Part shown: one piece after another, positions 12,277 through 24,488 of the stretch
Numbering within the stretch: position 1 is the first letter of the stretch
Layout: every line of letters begins with the position of its first letter
Assembly (NCBI GenBank): GCA_907165135.1
Contig: OU015566.1
Location: 744,001 to 808,000 of the forward strand
DNA length: 64,000 nt
Direction of reading: 5' to 3'
DNA from: Oikopleura dioica
Lineage: Eukaryota; Animalia; Chordata
The notes under the pieces: model-generated
Told to the model about the DNA's origin: nothing
Seen by the model: the letters and a program-made list of their open reading frames with translations, nothing else
Database searches by the model: none
Program-made: the position numbers and the translations under genes

Positions 12277-15220
12277 GGGAATGACGACTAGGTTCGTGAG
12301 GACTAGGTTCGTGTGACTAGGTTCGTGGTGGGTTCTGCCAGAGTATTGAAATGGGCCTATATTTTGGGGCAGTAAGGGAAATGGGTTGATGACTAGGTTC
12401 GTGTGACTAGGTTCGTGAAATTTTAAATAGAAAAATTTTTGGGGCAGTAAAGGAAATGGCTTGATGACTAGGTTCGTGTGACTAGGTTCGTGAAATTCTA
12501 TATAGAAAAAATTGTTGGGGCAGTAAAGGAAATGGCTTGATGACTAGGTTCGTGAAATTTTATATAGAAAAATTTTGGGGCAGTAAAGGAAATGGCTTGA
12601 TGACTAGGTTCGTGTGACTAGGTTCGTGAAATTCTATATAGAAAAATTTTGGGGCAGTAAAGGAAATGGCTTGATGACTAGGTTCGTGAAATTTTATATA
12701 GAAAAATTTTGGGGCAGTAAAGGAAATGGCTTGATGACTAGGTTCGTGTGACTAGGTTCGTGAAATTTAAAATAGAGAAAATGTGGGACTATATTTGCCA
12801 AATGAGTAGCCCACCCCCAACCCCCCCCCCCCCGTATGAGCCGCTAGGCTTAACACGCAGCATAACATTCTAAAAGTAAATAAAATTAAGTTCTATAATA
12901 ATCTTTATTCAATAAATTCGAATCAAGTAAGAATCATTCGTCTCTCTCGTTGTTCCTTAAACAAATGAGTTTCTGTAATAATTAAAATTTGTACTCTATT
13001 AAAATCCAAATTTCACGAATTAGTCACACGAACCTAGTCATCACGAACCTAGTCTTCACGAACCTAGTCCCACGAACCTAGTCTTCACGAACCTAGTCTT
13101 ACGAACCTAGTCATCACGAACCTAGTCATAAACCCGTTTCCCTTACTGCCCCAAAATTTTTTATATTTAAAATTTCACGAACCTAGTCACACGAACCTAG
13201 TCATCAACCCATTTCCCTTACTGCCCGAAAATGCTGAAAATACAAAAATACATATAAAAATCCAAATTCCACGAACCTAGTCACACGAACCTAGTCATCA
13301 CGAACCTAGTCTTCACGAACCTAGTCACACGAACCTAGTCTCCACGAACCTAGTCTTCACGAACCTAGTCACACGAACCTAGTCATCAATTCGTTTCCCT
13401 TACTGCCCCAAAATTTTTCTATTAAAAATTTCACGAACCTAGTCATCAACCCGTTTCCCTTACTGCCCCAAAATTTTTTCTATATAAAATTTCACGAACC
13501 TAGTCACACGAACCTAGTCATCAACCCATTTCCCTTACTGCCCCAAAATGGAGAAGATACAAAAAATACATATAAAAATCCAAATTTCACGAACCTAGTC
13601 ACACGAACCATTTTTTCCAACATGGCACCCACGAACCTAGTCACACGAACCTAGTCCTCACGAACCTAGTCATCGGTCTCAAATGAGGGAATGACGACTA
13701 GGTTCGTGAGGACTAGGTTCGTGTGACTAGGTTCGTGGTGGGTTCTGCCAGAGTATTGAAATGGGCCTATATTTTGGGGCAGTAAGGGAAATGGGTTGAT
13801 GACTAGGTTCGTGTGACTAGGTTCGTGAAATTTTAAATAGAAAAATTTTTGGGGCAGTAAAGGAAATGGCTTGATGACTAGGTTCGTGTGACTAGGTTCG
13901 TGAAATTCTATATAGAAAAAATTTTGGGGCAGTAAAGGAAATGGCTTGATGACTAGGTTCGTGAAATTTTATATAGAAAAAATTTTGGGGCAGTAAAGGA
14001 AATGGCTTGATGACTAGGTTCGTGTGACTAGGTTCGTGAAATTCTATATAGAAAAAATTTTGGGGCAGTAAAGGAAATGGCTTGATGACTAGGTTCGTGA
14101 AATTTTATATAGAAAAAATTTTGGGGCAGTAAAGGAAATGGCTTGATGACTAGGTTCGTGTGACTAGGTTCGTGAAATTCTATATAGAAAAAATTTTGGG
14201 GCAGTAAAGGAAATGGCTTGATGACTAGGTTCGTGAAATTTTATATAGAAAAAATTTTGGGGCAGTAAAGGAAATGGCTTGATGACTAGGTTCGTGTGAC
14301 TAGGTTCGTGAAATTTAAAATAGAGAAAATGTGGGACTATATTTGCCAAATGAGTAGCCCACCCCAACCCCCGTATGAGCCGCTAGGCTTAACACGCAGC
14401 ATAACATTCTAAAAGTAAATAAAATTAAGTTCTATAATAATCTTTATTCAATAAATTCGAATCAAGTAAGAATCATTCGTCTCTCTCGTTGTTCCTTAAA
14501 CAAATGAGTTTCTGTAATAATTAAAATTTGTACTCTATTAAAATCCAAATTTCACGAATTAGTCACACGAACCTAGTCATCACGAACCTAGTCTTCACGA
14601 ACCTAGTCCCACGAACCTAGTCTTCACGAACCTAGTCTTACGAACCTAGTCATCACGAACCTAGTCATAAACCCGTTTCCCTTACTGCCCCAAAATTTTT
14701 TATATTTAAAATTTCACGAACCTAGTCACACGAACCTAGTCATCAACCCATTTCCCTTACTGCCCGAAAATGCTGAAAATACAAAAAATACATATAAAAA
14801 TCCAAATTCCACGAACCTAGTCACACGAACCTAGTCATCACGAACCTAGTCTTCACGAACCTAGTCACACGAACCTAGTCTCCACGAACCTAGTCTTCAC
14901 GAACCTAGTCACACGAACCTAGTCATCAATTCGTTTCCCTTACTGCCCCAAAATTTTTCTATTAAAAATTTCACGAACCTAGTCATCAACCCGTTTCCCT
15001 TACTGCCCCAAAATTTTTTCTATATAAAATTTCACGAACCTAGTCACACGAACCTAGTCATCAACCCATTTCCCTTACTGCCCCAAAATGGAGAAGATAC
15101 AAAAAATACATATAAAAATCCAAATTTCACGAACCTAGTCACACGAACCATTTTTTCCAACATGGCACCCACGAACCTAGTCACACGAACCTAGTCCTCA
15201 CGAACCTAGTCATCGGTCTC
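12277..15220. mobile_element. Tandem dimer of a foldback element built from GACTAGGTTCGT(G) repeats
   Basis: Units 12277-13680 and 13687-15220; each has forward repeat arm, ~230-bp spacer, inverted arm; flanked by (CC)AAATGA at 12269-12276 and 15221-15228, with AAATGA at the junction. Confidence 0.85.
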
Positions 15221-17343
15221 CCAAATGACGTCATTATGACGTCATCAGGCTCATTTGAAAATTTTGTCTTTGGAACGCTTTTCAGAGCCGAAAACGTTTT
15301 TGAATTATTTTTTCTTGGCGGATTCGAATTCCTCATAAAAAACTACGTAAAGACCCGGGATCAAACAATCACTACCAATCGGTTCCAGACAACGGTAATT
15401 TTTGAAACTGGTCGGTTCGAGAAATTAACCTCGGGTCCCTACGTAGTTTTTGATGCCTTACAATAGGGTCGGAAATTTCAGGGCCATGATCACGGTAGGT
15501 GCCGATATTTTTTTGGGTGAACCAATGGGAGGTACTCTTCCAGAAAATACACATGGCCCTCGCTTAACCCAACATCGACAAGCAAAATTTAACCTTTTTT
15601 TGAAAATTGCTTTTTTCACAAAAATTATCTATTTAAATTATTTTTTAAGATTTTTTATGCGTGTTAAATCAAATAAATAAAGTCAAAAATAATAATTAAC
15701 CTATTTTCGACAGGGATGATTTTCGAAAAATTTTTTCAAGCCAAAAAATCACTTTTTAACTGTTAGTGCCATCTTCTCCGCCGTAAAAATTCGAGTCGAC
15801 TCATATAGGTTCGGGTCGGTAATTCTAGAGTTTTAGGTACTTCCGGTCGATTTAAAAAAAAAACGTAATTCCGCTGCCGTTTTTGATACAGTTATGCTGT
15901 AAAGGCATGTAATATATCAAAATGATCCTCATGAAACAAGGAATGTAGGGGTACCAAAAAAACGTACTTAAGTTAAGAAAAGTACCAAAAAAATTTTTTT
16001 TTCATTTTAAAGTTTTTCATTTTGATTAATTCTAACAGCGTTCCTGCTTGAATTTATTATTTTGTTCGATAAATTTATTAAAAAAATCTTTTCTCCCACT
16101 TCCGGCCATTTTTTAAAAACCGGAAGTTCCTTTTATATAGTTTGCATAACATTATGCATATCAAAATGAAGGAAAATTTATTTTAAACTCGTTTTTCAAA
16201 TTCAAAATCGAATAAATCTTCATATCAACTAATTAAATTTTATAAAATCTTTTGACAATGAATCTTAGAATTAAGCCACTTTACGAGTATATTTAACTTG
16301 TAGGTTTAATTTGATCATAGATTCGAAATGTTTAATCGGTAAAACCTTTAAACGTCAAAGAATAAGTCATTTCAGATCTCTTAAAATCAAAATAAATTTT
16401 CGTCGTACAAAATAAATAAAATTTTATTGGGACCCTCAATTTTTTACATCCTCTCATAAAAAAGGTTGAATTAGAGTTATTCGAATTTTAGAAGGCTCCT
16501 TTTGTACTTCAAATGGACAAGATTTTTGTAAATTAGCGCAGCATTTTCTTATTTAAGCATTGAGGTACCTAAATAATAAAATTGGAAATTTGCATATTTT
16601 TTTCATTAAAAACTTTGGTTTGCTCTTTTTTTATTATAATTTTAATGAATTGAAAATAAAAATATAGAAATTTGCCTTTAATTCGGCTGATAAAATATTT
16701 AAGGAGCCGTCCTCCTTAAGTCTGTGGACAAAAAACTCTTAAAAAGGGAACGGTCGTTGCTTATGGCCTTAACTTTATGCTGAAAAATTAAAAAATTAAG
16801 GGAATACCCCAACTAAAAACCCAAAAAAACCTGCACTAAGCAACCTTACTTTTAAGGGCCTGTATAACCTTAAGTTTGATATCGAGAGATAATTAGAAGG
16901 GGAAAGGTTGCAGGCAAGGGCTTGATCTAAAAGTAGCAATTGAAAGTAAGGGTTTGCCTCAGATAGTTTTTGAGAAAAATGTTCACTGAACCAAATTTTC
17001 ACGATTCTTGATGGGGGGGGCGTCCTTAACCGTTAAAACGTAAAAGTTTCAGCTCTTTGAAACCATCTGACGTCATTTTTGACGTCATTCTCTAGAAAAT
17101 AACGAATACGATTTTGTCGAATCGACTCAAAATTGATCAGGCTTTCTAATTGGCTGTAAATCTGACCAATACAGTATTTGTACCAACAAATTTTTTAAAA
17201 TCATCATGATTAAATCATGATACAAAATTGAAAAAATTAAAAAAAAAAATTTTTTTTGGTACTTTACTATAGTAAGGTACTTTTTTTTGGTACCCCTACA
17301 TTCCTCGTTTCATGAGGATCATTTTGATATATAGCATGCCTAT

Positions 17344-19061
17344 TGATGTGAGTGACATGATGTCCTCAATCGGTCTCCCGTCGAGCTTAGATAGATAAGG
17401 CCGTTTCCGCCGAGAATCAACTGTTCTCACTTCCTATCAGCTGTTTTCCCTCAACCTTTCTGTGCACGATCCGCAAGGATCACTCACTCATGCAATAGTT
17501 TCTCTACAAAACACACACTCAAGCAAAGCCCAGTGTTTTACCCACTGTGTAATAAATACGCTACAGTCACATCGAGTCCAGTACATTGAGCACGGCAAAA
17601 CTCATGTCACTGGTGACTGTACGGGTAAAGAGCCCCGCCACGCCCCGAAGAACCGACTGAAAAAATAGCCTGGAAAGAGAGATCATTTCGACTTCGATGG
17701 ACAACGTCAACGACGCGCAGTAACGACGACTCCGGACCCTCGTTGTAACTTCACTCGTCAATGATGACCTGAATGAACATGGGAAGGCGCTCACCCTGTT
17801 CCTAGACCCAACCAAAACGAATTGCATCTGCTTGTTTATCAACCAACAAAAAAAAATAACCTGGAAAGTCGACAAAACAAAACCTGGAAAAGAGAGAACC
17901 CTTCAAGTTGGAAAAATCAAATACGCGCAGCAACTGGAATACAGAAGCCTCGGAGCAGCTTCACGCGTCAAAGATGATCAGGGATGGCGGCAGATCCCCG
18001 ACGAACACGACATGGCACGAGTCCTGTTCTTCATCTGGAACGATCCGAATGTGCGCTCCTCTTCTCATCAACAGTTCTAAGTGAAAATTCTTAACTTTCA
18101 CTGAGGATTCGTTTTATGATGGGCTCATAGATAAATAATTGTAGGAAAAGAAGTTCTCGATAGATAGGTCTAAATAATTTTCGTCCTCAAAGCCATAATC
18201 AAAGCCTGACATTTAATTGCTACGGCCATGGGGTTGCGTCATGGGGTGGCTTTAAATATCGTCTTTTTGTTGTGATCTAGTACGCTAAGACCGTTGATAT
18301 AATCGGCACCGAAGTTTCACCTATTTTGGCTTAATGAATTTTGAGTTTTAGAGGTCATAAAAATGGACAAAGGATATGAGAGCCATGTAATTAGGGAATT
18401 ATTAGACCTGATTTTGAAAGAATTGCTTTATTCATTTGAATAGTAAATGAAGGCTAACCTATTCATAATGTTAATTTTTCCATGCTTTATCTGTAAGCGA
18501 ACCAATCCTATGATGAACTTATGATTGATGTTAATGATTCTGATTTTTCTATCCTTCTGTCATGAAAAGGGGGAGGAAGAATTCTTGAGACAAAGAATCT
18601 GACTTTCACGAAATAAGTCATTTTGTCCTCTGACCTACCCCAAATATTCTCTCCACATTTCAGTGTTAACTTTTATTACATATCCGATATCCTTAATTAC
18701 CGCTTATGCCAGTCAATACCAGATCCAGAAAAATCTTGTGTATAACCTCTTAAACCTATTTTACCTGTGCACAACCTAAGAAAGCTGGGGGTGGGTGATG
18801 TGAGTGACATGATGTCCTCAATCGGTCTCCCGTCGAGCTTAGATAGATAAGGCCGTTTCCGCCGAGAATCAACTGTTCTCACTTCCTATCAGCTGTTTTC
18901 CCTCAACCTTTCTGTGCACGATCCGCAAGGATCACTCACTCATGCAATAGTTTCTCTACAAAACACACACTCAAGCAAAGCCCAGTGTTTTACCCACTGT
19001 GTAATAAATACGCTACAGTCACATCGAGTCCAGTACATTGAGCACGGCAAAACTCATGTCA
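17344..19061 (+). mobile_element. Small non-autonomous LTR retroelement (TRIM-like, 1718 bp)
   Basis: Two 266-bp LTRs (17344-17609, 18796-19061), identical by eye, TG..CA ends; 4-bp TSD CTAT; PBS TGGTGACTGTACGGG at 17611; PPT GGGGGTGGG at 18787-18795; AATAAA in LTR. Confidence 0.93.
17697..18080 (+). pseudogene. 128-codon internal ORF of the LTR element with one in-frame TAA (possible gag-like remnant)
   Basis: ATG at 17697, TAA at 17721-17723, then open to 18080; no recognisable RT or integrase motifs. Confidence 0.45.
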
Positions 19062-20360
19062 CTATATTGCATTACTGTATCAAAAACGGCAGCGGAATTA
19101 CGTTTTTTTTTGAAATCGACCGGAAGTACCTAAAACTCTAGAATTACCGACCCGAACCTATATGAGTCGACTCGAATTTTTACGGCGGAGAAGATGGCAC
19201 TAACAGTTAAAAAGTGATTTTTTGGCCTGAAAAAATTTTTCGAAAATCATCAGGGTAAAATTAACCAATTTTCAAAAAAAAAAATTTTTTTCTTTAAAAA
19301 ATGATAAATTTATATTAAAAAATGCATTTTATCCATAACTATTCAATATAAAAAATAACACGCCCTTTCACGGGCAAAAATATCAGTAATATTTATTCTA
19401 ATTAAAATAAAATTTGCCCCGCGAGTTCATGGGAATATAAATCAAAGAATTGAAAAAAAAGGGCCGTCAAGCCCCTTAAATTCAAAAATCAAGGAACGGG
19501 GCTGAGGCGGCCCGCATTAATTATAAGTTTTAATAGTTAAAACATGATTTTTGCGAATTATAACAAATTTTTCCAAAAACAGGTTAAATTTTTACCGCCG
19601 ATTATGGGTTAAAAATATATTTTTGAAAAAATTTCTGATTTTTACGCATAAAAAAGGGGAATTAACAGTGAAAATACATAAATTTTGTGTAAAAAGGCCA
19701 TTTTCAAAAACAGGTTAAATTTTGCTTGTCGATGTTGGGTTAAGCGAGGGCCATGTGTATTTTCTGGAAGAGTACCTTTCATTGGTTCACCCAAAAAAAT
19801 ATCGGCGCCTACCGTGATCATGGCCCTAAAATTTCCGACCCTACCTTACAACCTCCCATAAGCAGAAAAATGTATAACCTGCAAAAACCGCCTCAAAAAG
19901 CGTTCCAAAGTTTTGTTATTCAGGACCCTTTTTGAACGTTAAATCATCATTAATGACGTCATAATAACGTCATTTAGCGCTGGAAATATGAGGTTTGCTT
20001 TATTTTGATACGGGCTACCAGAATACACCATGTATACCATAATCTCAAAAAAAAATTTTCGGACAAAAAATTCTCATGGTAATTAATCAAAAATTCTGCA
20101 TCGCTTTATGCTTATTTTCCAACTCTTGAAGGTGCTGAGCAAAAATATGAGAATAATTTTTCTTACAAAATGGTCCTGAAATCTCCTAAAAGAAGAAAAT
20201 TTGAGATTCTTCCGCAGTGTTCTGACCCTGCAGAGGAACTATTGGCAATAGTCTATTGCAAAAGTCTTCCATGCACGAGGAAAACGAATTCGGCGAAAAA
20301 ATTTGTGTTCACGAAAACACTGTCTTCGGCCAAAAGACGACACGCATTTGGATAACAAAA

Positions 20361-20714
20361 GGCACGAACTAAAATAGGGAAGTAATAAGCTAGGAAGTGA
20401 CAGCGTAGGAGCGAACAAGAAAGTATCATACACGAAAGGATCAAATAAGAAAGTATCATACATGAAAGTATCAAATTAAATAGGATCATGCATTAAAGGA
20501 TCGAATTTTTTGGAACCAATAAGATTGCCGTATAAGGCCTACCGGCCTATAAGAAACCCATCCTCAATCATTTTCAAATGTATGCCCGATCCAATCTTGC
20601 ACGATACTGGCTTGGATCTTCCATTATAATTTGATCCTTTCGTGTATGATACTTTCTTGTTCGCTCCTACGCTGTCACTTCCTAGCTTATTACTTCCTTA
20701 TTTTGGTTCGGCCC
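20361..20714. mobile_element. Merlin-like MITE (354 bp) inserted in the pseudogene coding sequence
   Basis: ~85-bp TIR starting GG; 8-bp TSD TAACAAAA at 20353-20360 and 20715-20722. Confidence 0.88.
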
Positions 20715-20899
20715 TAACAAAAGACGCGTCAGCGGATCCAAAGGGACCTGGTATCAAATCATTTCCAAAGCTACCAATCACGTGGACAATCATACAAAGA
20801 CCTTCCGAAAATTGACTTCTTTAAAAACGATTCAAATTGTTCGGTCAGATAATACGTATGAATCTCCTGAAACATCAAAATAAAGTTGACAAAGTTTAA

Positions 20900-21480
20900 T
20901 CTCGTGAATAAGCAAAATTGGTCGATGAAAGGAGGAAGAAATGAGACTGTCGATTTTAAGATTGTTTCAAGCGGTAGCGAAAGAGTGCTCCGAGGTAGAT
21001 GGTGATTTCGATCGAGGAGGAGGACGAGTCGGTTACAGACTAGCGTCATGCGTAGTTTTCTCCAGCGCTTGGTTCATTTCCGAAGAAGCAGTTTTGATTT
21101 GTGCTCTCTCGTCTGCAGCTAAAAAAGAATTTAAAAAGGGATAGCGGCGGGAATCGACAATTTTTGGCCGACAATTTTGGCATAAATTTTGAGATTTTTA
21201 TCTGAAATCTGATAGCTCTTCCGGCGGAATGCGGAAATCTGATTGGCCAAAATTTTTTTTTAAATTTAACTCAAAATTGTCGGCTGAAAATTGTCGATTC
21301 GAGCCGCTATCCCTTTAAAAAAGGATCTTTGTTGGCGCTTACCCTTTCAAGAGTCTTGAATCAAGACGCAAATGCAGTGAACTATACTTGTTTTGAATAA
21401 TTTTTGTTTGTTCAATTATTGCTTTGTTTTTGCTTTCAAGAAAGCCCTTTCGTTTTAATAATCGTTTTTCATTTTTTTCC
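20900..21480 (-). pseudogene. Degenerate, 5'-truncated duplicate of the gene at 22753-23341
   Basis: High nucleotide identity to 22720-23070 with a 1-bp and a 3-bp deletion; carries an extra MITE. Confidence 0.6.
21135..21314. mobile_element. TTAA-flanked MITE (Kolobok-like)
   Basis: agggatagcggc..aatcgacaatttt inverted at both ends; absent from the paralogous copy at ~22915. Confidence 0.75.
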
Positions 21481-21650
21481 AGAAATTTTTCAAATTATGG
21501 AAAGCCTTTTTATGAGTCTGTTTTACTCAAAAGGGCAAGCTATGAAAACAATTTTATTACCATTGTCGTCGTTCTTTTCTTTACGATTTTAAAGGGAAAA
21601 CTTACGTGATCAGGCGTCTTTTATTCAATTATTTTCTGAAATCTTCAAAA

Positions 21651-22582
21651 ATGACAGAACAAGATGCCGATAATGAATCCTTCAAAACTTGTGACGAAAA
21701 AACATATATGTCAGAGAGTGAAATAACTTATACCCACGAGACTTATGCATCAGAAGAAAATCGTCCAATGAGCCACATTATGAGATTACAGAGTACTATC
21801 GCATCTCTACAAGAGAGAGTACAGCAGCTAGAGTTGCAGAAAAGAAGTGATTTAACTCAAGACGATGTTCAAACTTTGTCTACGAAGAATATGCTTCAAA
21901 AAATCGATACTTATGAGCAGGGGTGACGCAATTTATGTTTTTAATAGTTATGAATCATAACTAATGATCCTTAAGTCTAAAGTTGAACCATTTTTCATAA
22001 GTCATCCTTAATATTGATTCAAGAGAATCGAGTACGAGCACAGATGTCTTCCTCTTCCTAAAGGCACTTGCAGCTGGTAAGAAGGTTGTCAATGTGAAAA
22101 TCGACTTTTCATCTCCAGAAATTTATCGTTCAAATTTACCATCAACATATCAAATTTTTCGATATCCCATTACCTACAACGATTGGAATGTTCAGTTCTT
22201 CATAACTGAAAATGTGGCCGAAATCGAGTTTCCAGAAGGAAAAACTTGGTATCATTGGATTCTGCGGGGTGTTGAGCGAAAGTATGAGAATACCTTTGCA
22301 TATAAAATGATTCTAAAATCTCCTGAAAATCGATCTTTTGAGATTGTAGCGCGATCTTCAGACCCTCTCTTAGGAGGGCCTGTAGAACAATTGGAACAAG
22401 AAACTATTACTTATGAAGAAATTGAGTTTGGCGAAAAAATATATGTTCACGAAAATAATGCGATTGGGCGTAAAAATCGAATGGTTTACAAACAATCATA
22501 TCTTCAAGCACTCGGATCACCTGACATTAATTGTTTTCCAAGATTACCAATCACCTGGACAATCATTCAACTGCCTTCTTAA
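21651..22582 (+). CDS. Uncharacterised two-exon protein (N-terminal coiled-coil-like segment, C-terminal globular domain)
   Basis: ORFs 21651-21926 and ~22030-22582; conserved with the pseudogene copy. Confidence 0.65.
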
Positions 22583-22752
22583 TTCAAAATCACCAAAGAA
22601 AATAGCGAATACCATGCGAATAAATTATTATAAAAAATTGCATGCTTATTTATCATTGCCTTCTAAACTATGCTTTGAAATTTAATCTCATGATTGAGCA
22701 GAATTAGTTGATGAGAGAAGGAAGAAATGAGACTGTCGATTTTAAGATTGTT

Positions 22753-23341
22753 TCAAGCGGTAACGAAAGAGTGCTCCGAGGTAGATGGTGATTTTGATCG
22801 AGGAGGAGGACGAGTTGGTTTCAGACTGTAAGCGTCATGCGTAGTTTTTTCCAGCGCCTGGTTCATTTCCGAAAGAAGCAGTTTTGATTTGTGCTCCCTC
22901 GTCTGCAGCTAAAAATAATTTCAGAAAAAGGATCTTTGTTGGTACGAACCTCTTCAAGACGCGAATGAAGTGAACTATACTTGTTTTGAATCATTTTAGA
23001 ATGTTCCATTATTGCTTCGTTTTTGCCTTTTAGAAAGCCGGTTTCGTATTCATAATCAATTTTCATCTTTTTCTTAAAAAATTAATACATAGAAAGGGCT
23101 AAAAATCAGGTTATTTTACCTTTTCTTGCTTCAATTTTGAAATTTCTTGCCTCAGCAAATCCAATTCTTTGTTTTTCTCGATGTTCTTTGAAATTCCATT
23201 TTCTTCTTTTAAATTTATCTGGCAAGTTGCATCCCTAAAAATGACGAAAACGATGATAAAGAAGTCGATTTACTTTTCTGATCGTTGTTTTTTCTCTTTT
23301 CTGGCTTTATCTGCGGCGAGCGACATTTTCGGTATTTCCAT
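22753..23341 (-). CDS. Uncharacterised basic/coiled-coil protein, multi-exon
   Basis: Open exons MEIPKMSLAADKARKEK.., MKIDYEYETGFLKG.., LQTREHKSKLLLSEMNQALEK..HSFVTA*. Confidence 0.55.
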
Positions 23342-23739
23342 ATAAATGGCTGAAAGAAAAGTTTTTGCAAATAAACGCAGCACAAAGCAAACAAGAGAAG
23401 ATAATTTACTCCTGAGCCAATTCACGAGCTTAGTCAGATGCTCTCTCTCTCTTTTGTTAACGCGGCCAGATAGAGGAAGTATTACTAGTCGAGCCATTGT
23501 TTTATTTTCTTTCAAAAATGATTTACTTTCACTTAATAAAATTATAATTATTTGATTTAAACCCTAAAATAAGGGGTTAAAGCAAAATATGGAAATGATT
23601 TGAGTGATCAGGGTCTTGATTGGCCGATAGGCGAAATACAAAAATCTTATTGGTTATCGAAAAATAAACGTCCATTTTATGGTTTCGTCAAAGATAAGTA
23701 ACTTTTAGGAGGTTTCTTATACCTAAATCCTCCTTGATA

Positions 23740-24488
23740 TCAAGCTCCAAATCTTTGAACACATTTTCTGATCCTCTATCAATGACTTTATCTGATTCTC
23801 AAAACAAGGAGCTCCTTAATTATCATCTGTTTAAAGAAAGAACCATATTCTGTAGCGATAAAATCAACTTCCTCAGCGATTTTGTCCCGCAACCGTTCTT
23901 TCGATCGGATTCTCTTGCCATTTAGGAGGATGATTCGATCTCCCTTGTTGATTCCATCTGATGATTCTTCGAAGCGAAGATTGCTATCCAGCTGATTTCT
24001 GAAGGCCTCGAAAGGGAAATCGTCCGTGAGCTGAATTCTGATATTTCGAGGGGCTCCAAAAGGTGACCAAGCTTTCCAGACATGATGGACAGGAAGATCT
24101 TAATAAATATGAAAAAATAAGGAATAAATACTGTTCTTACCGTCAAGTTTGTTGAAGTCAATTTGATTGAGGAAGTCGCAAGAAAACGTAACAAATATAA
24201 CATGATATCGAAACATCTTGACAAGGCTGACAATTGATTTATTGCGTAGACCGATCGCAGAAACACCATTTATTTCGATGATGAAATCTCCTTCTTCAAG
24301 CCCAGCAGACTCGGCAGGCGAGTTCTGGTCAACTGAAAAAGATGATGATGAAAAAACTTATCATCATCATTACCTGAGCTAACCATGGTCAAGTACCCCC
24401 TCTTGGTCTTCTGCGATCTGATATGAAAGCCAAACTCGATCTCGTCATTTCTGAGCAGTCTGGACGCCTTCAAGTAGAGCCCCTCCAT
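23740..24488 (-). CDS. Uncharacterised multi-exon gene
   Basis: Consecutive minus-strand ORFs (24270-24488, 23922-24269) with protein-like composition. Confidence 0.4.

Larger units (their letters stand above)
15715..19251. mobile_element. Inner long-TIR element with apparent 3-bp TSD
   Basis: AGG|gatgattttcgaaaaa ... ttcgaaaatcatc|AGG; TIR ~300 bp, with the right TIR split by the LTR element. Confidence 0.8.
12157..20082. mobile_element. Outer long-TIR (foldback-type) element hosting a nested TE stack; ends approximate
   Basis: 12157-12276 plus 15221-15700 is the inverted counterpart of ~19560-20082 once the inner insertions are removed. Confidence 0.7.
10894..20815 (+). pseudogene. Disrupted paralog of the gene at 21651-22582, split into pieces by TE insertions
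   Basis: 10894-11103 (DVYLFLKAIAARRKTVNVKIDF..YPITYNSW), 11975-11997 (IDYPEGKT*) and ~20110-20815 (KYENNFSYKMVLKSP..EFGEKICVHEN..FPKLPITWTIIQRPS) align collinearly with the intact copy; in-frame stop and frameshift present. Confidence 0.85.

Noticed and set aside
12277-15220. CRISPR-like repeat-spacer array
   Set aside because: The intervening segments are themselves repeated, and the arrays are arranged as inverted arms of a foldback element.
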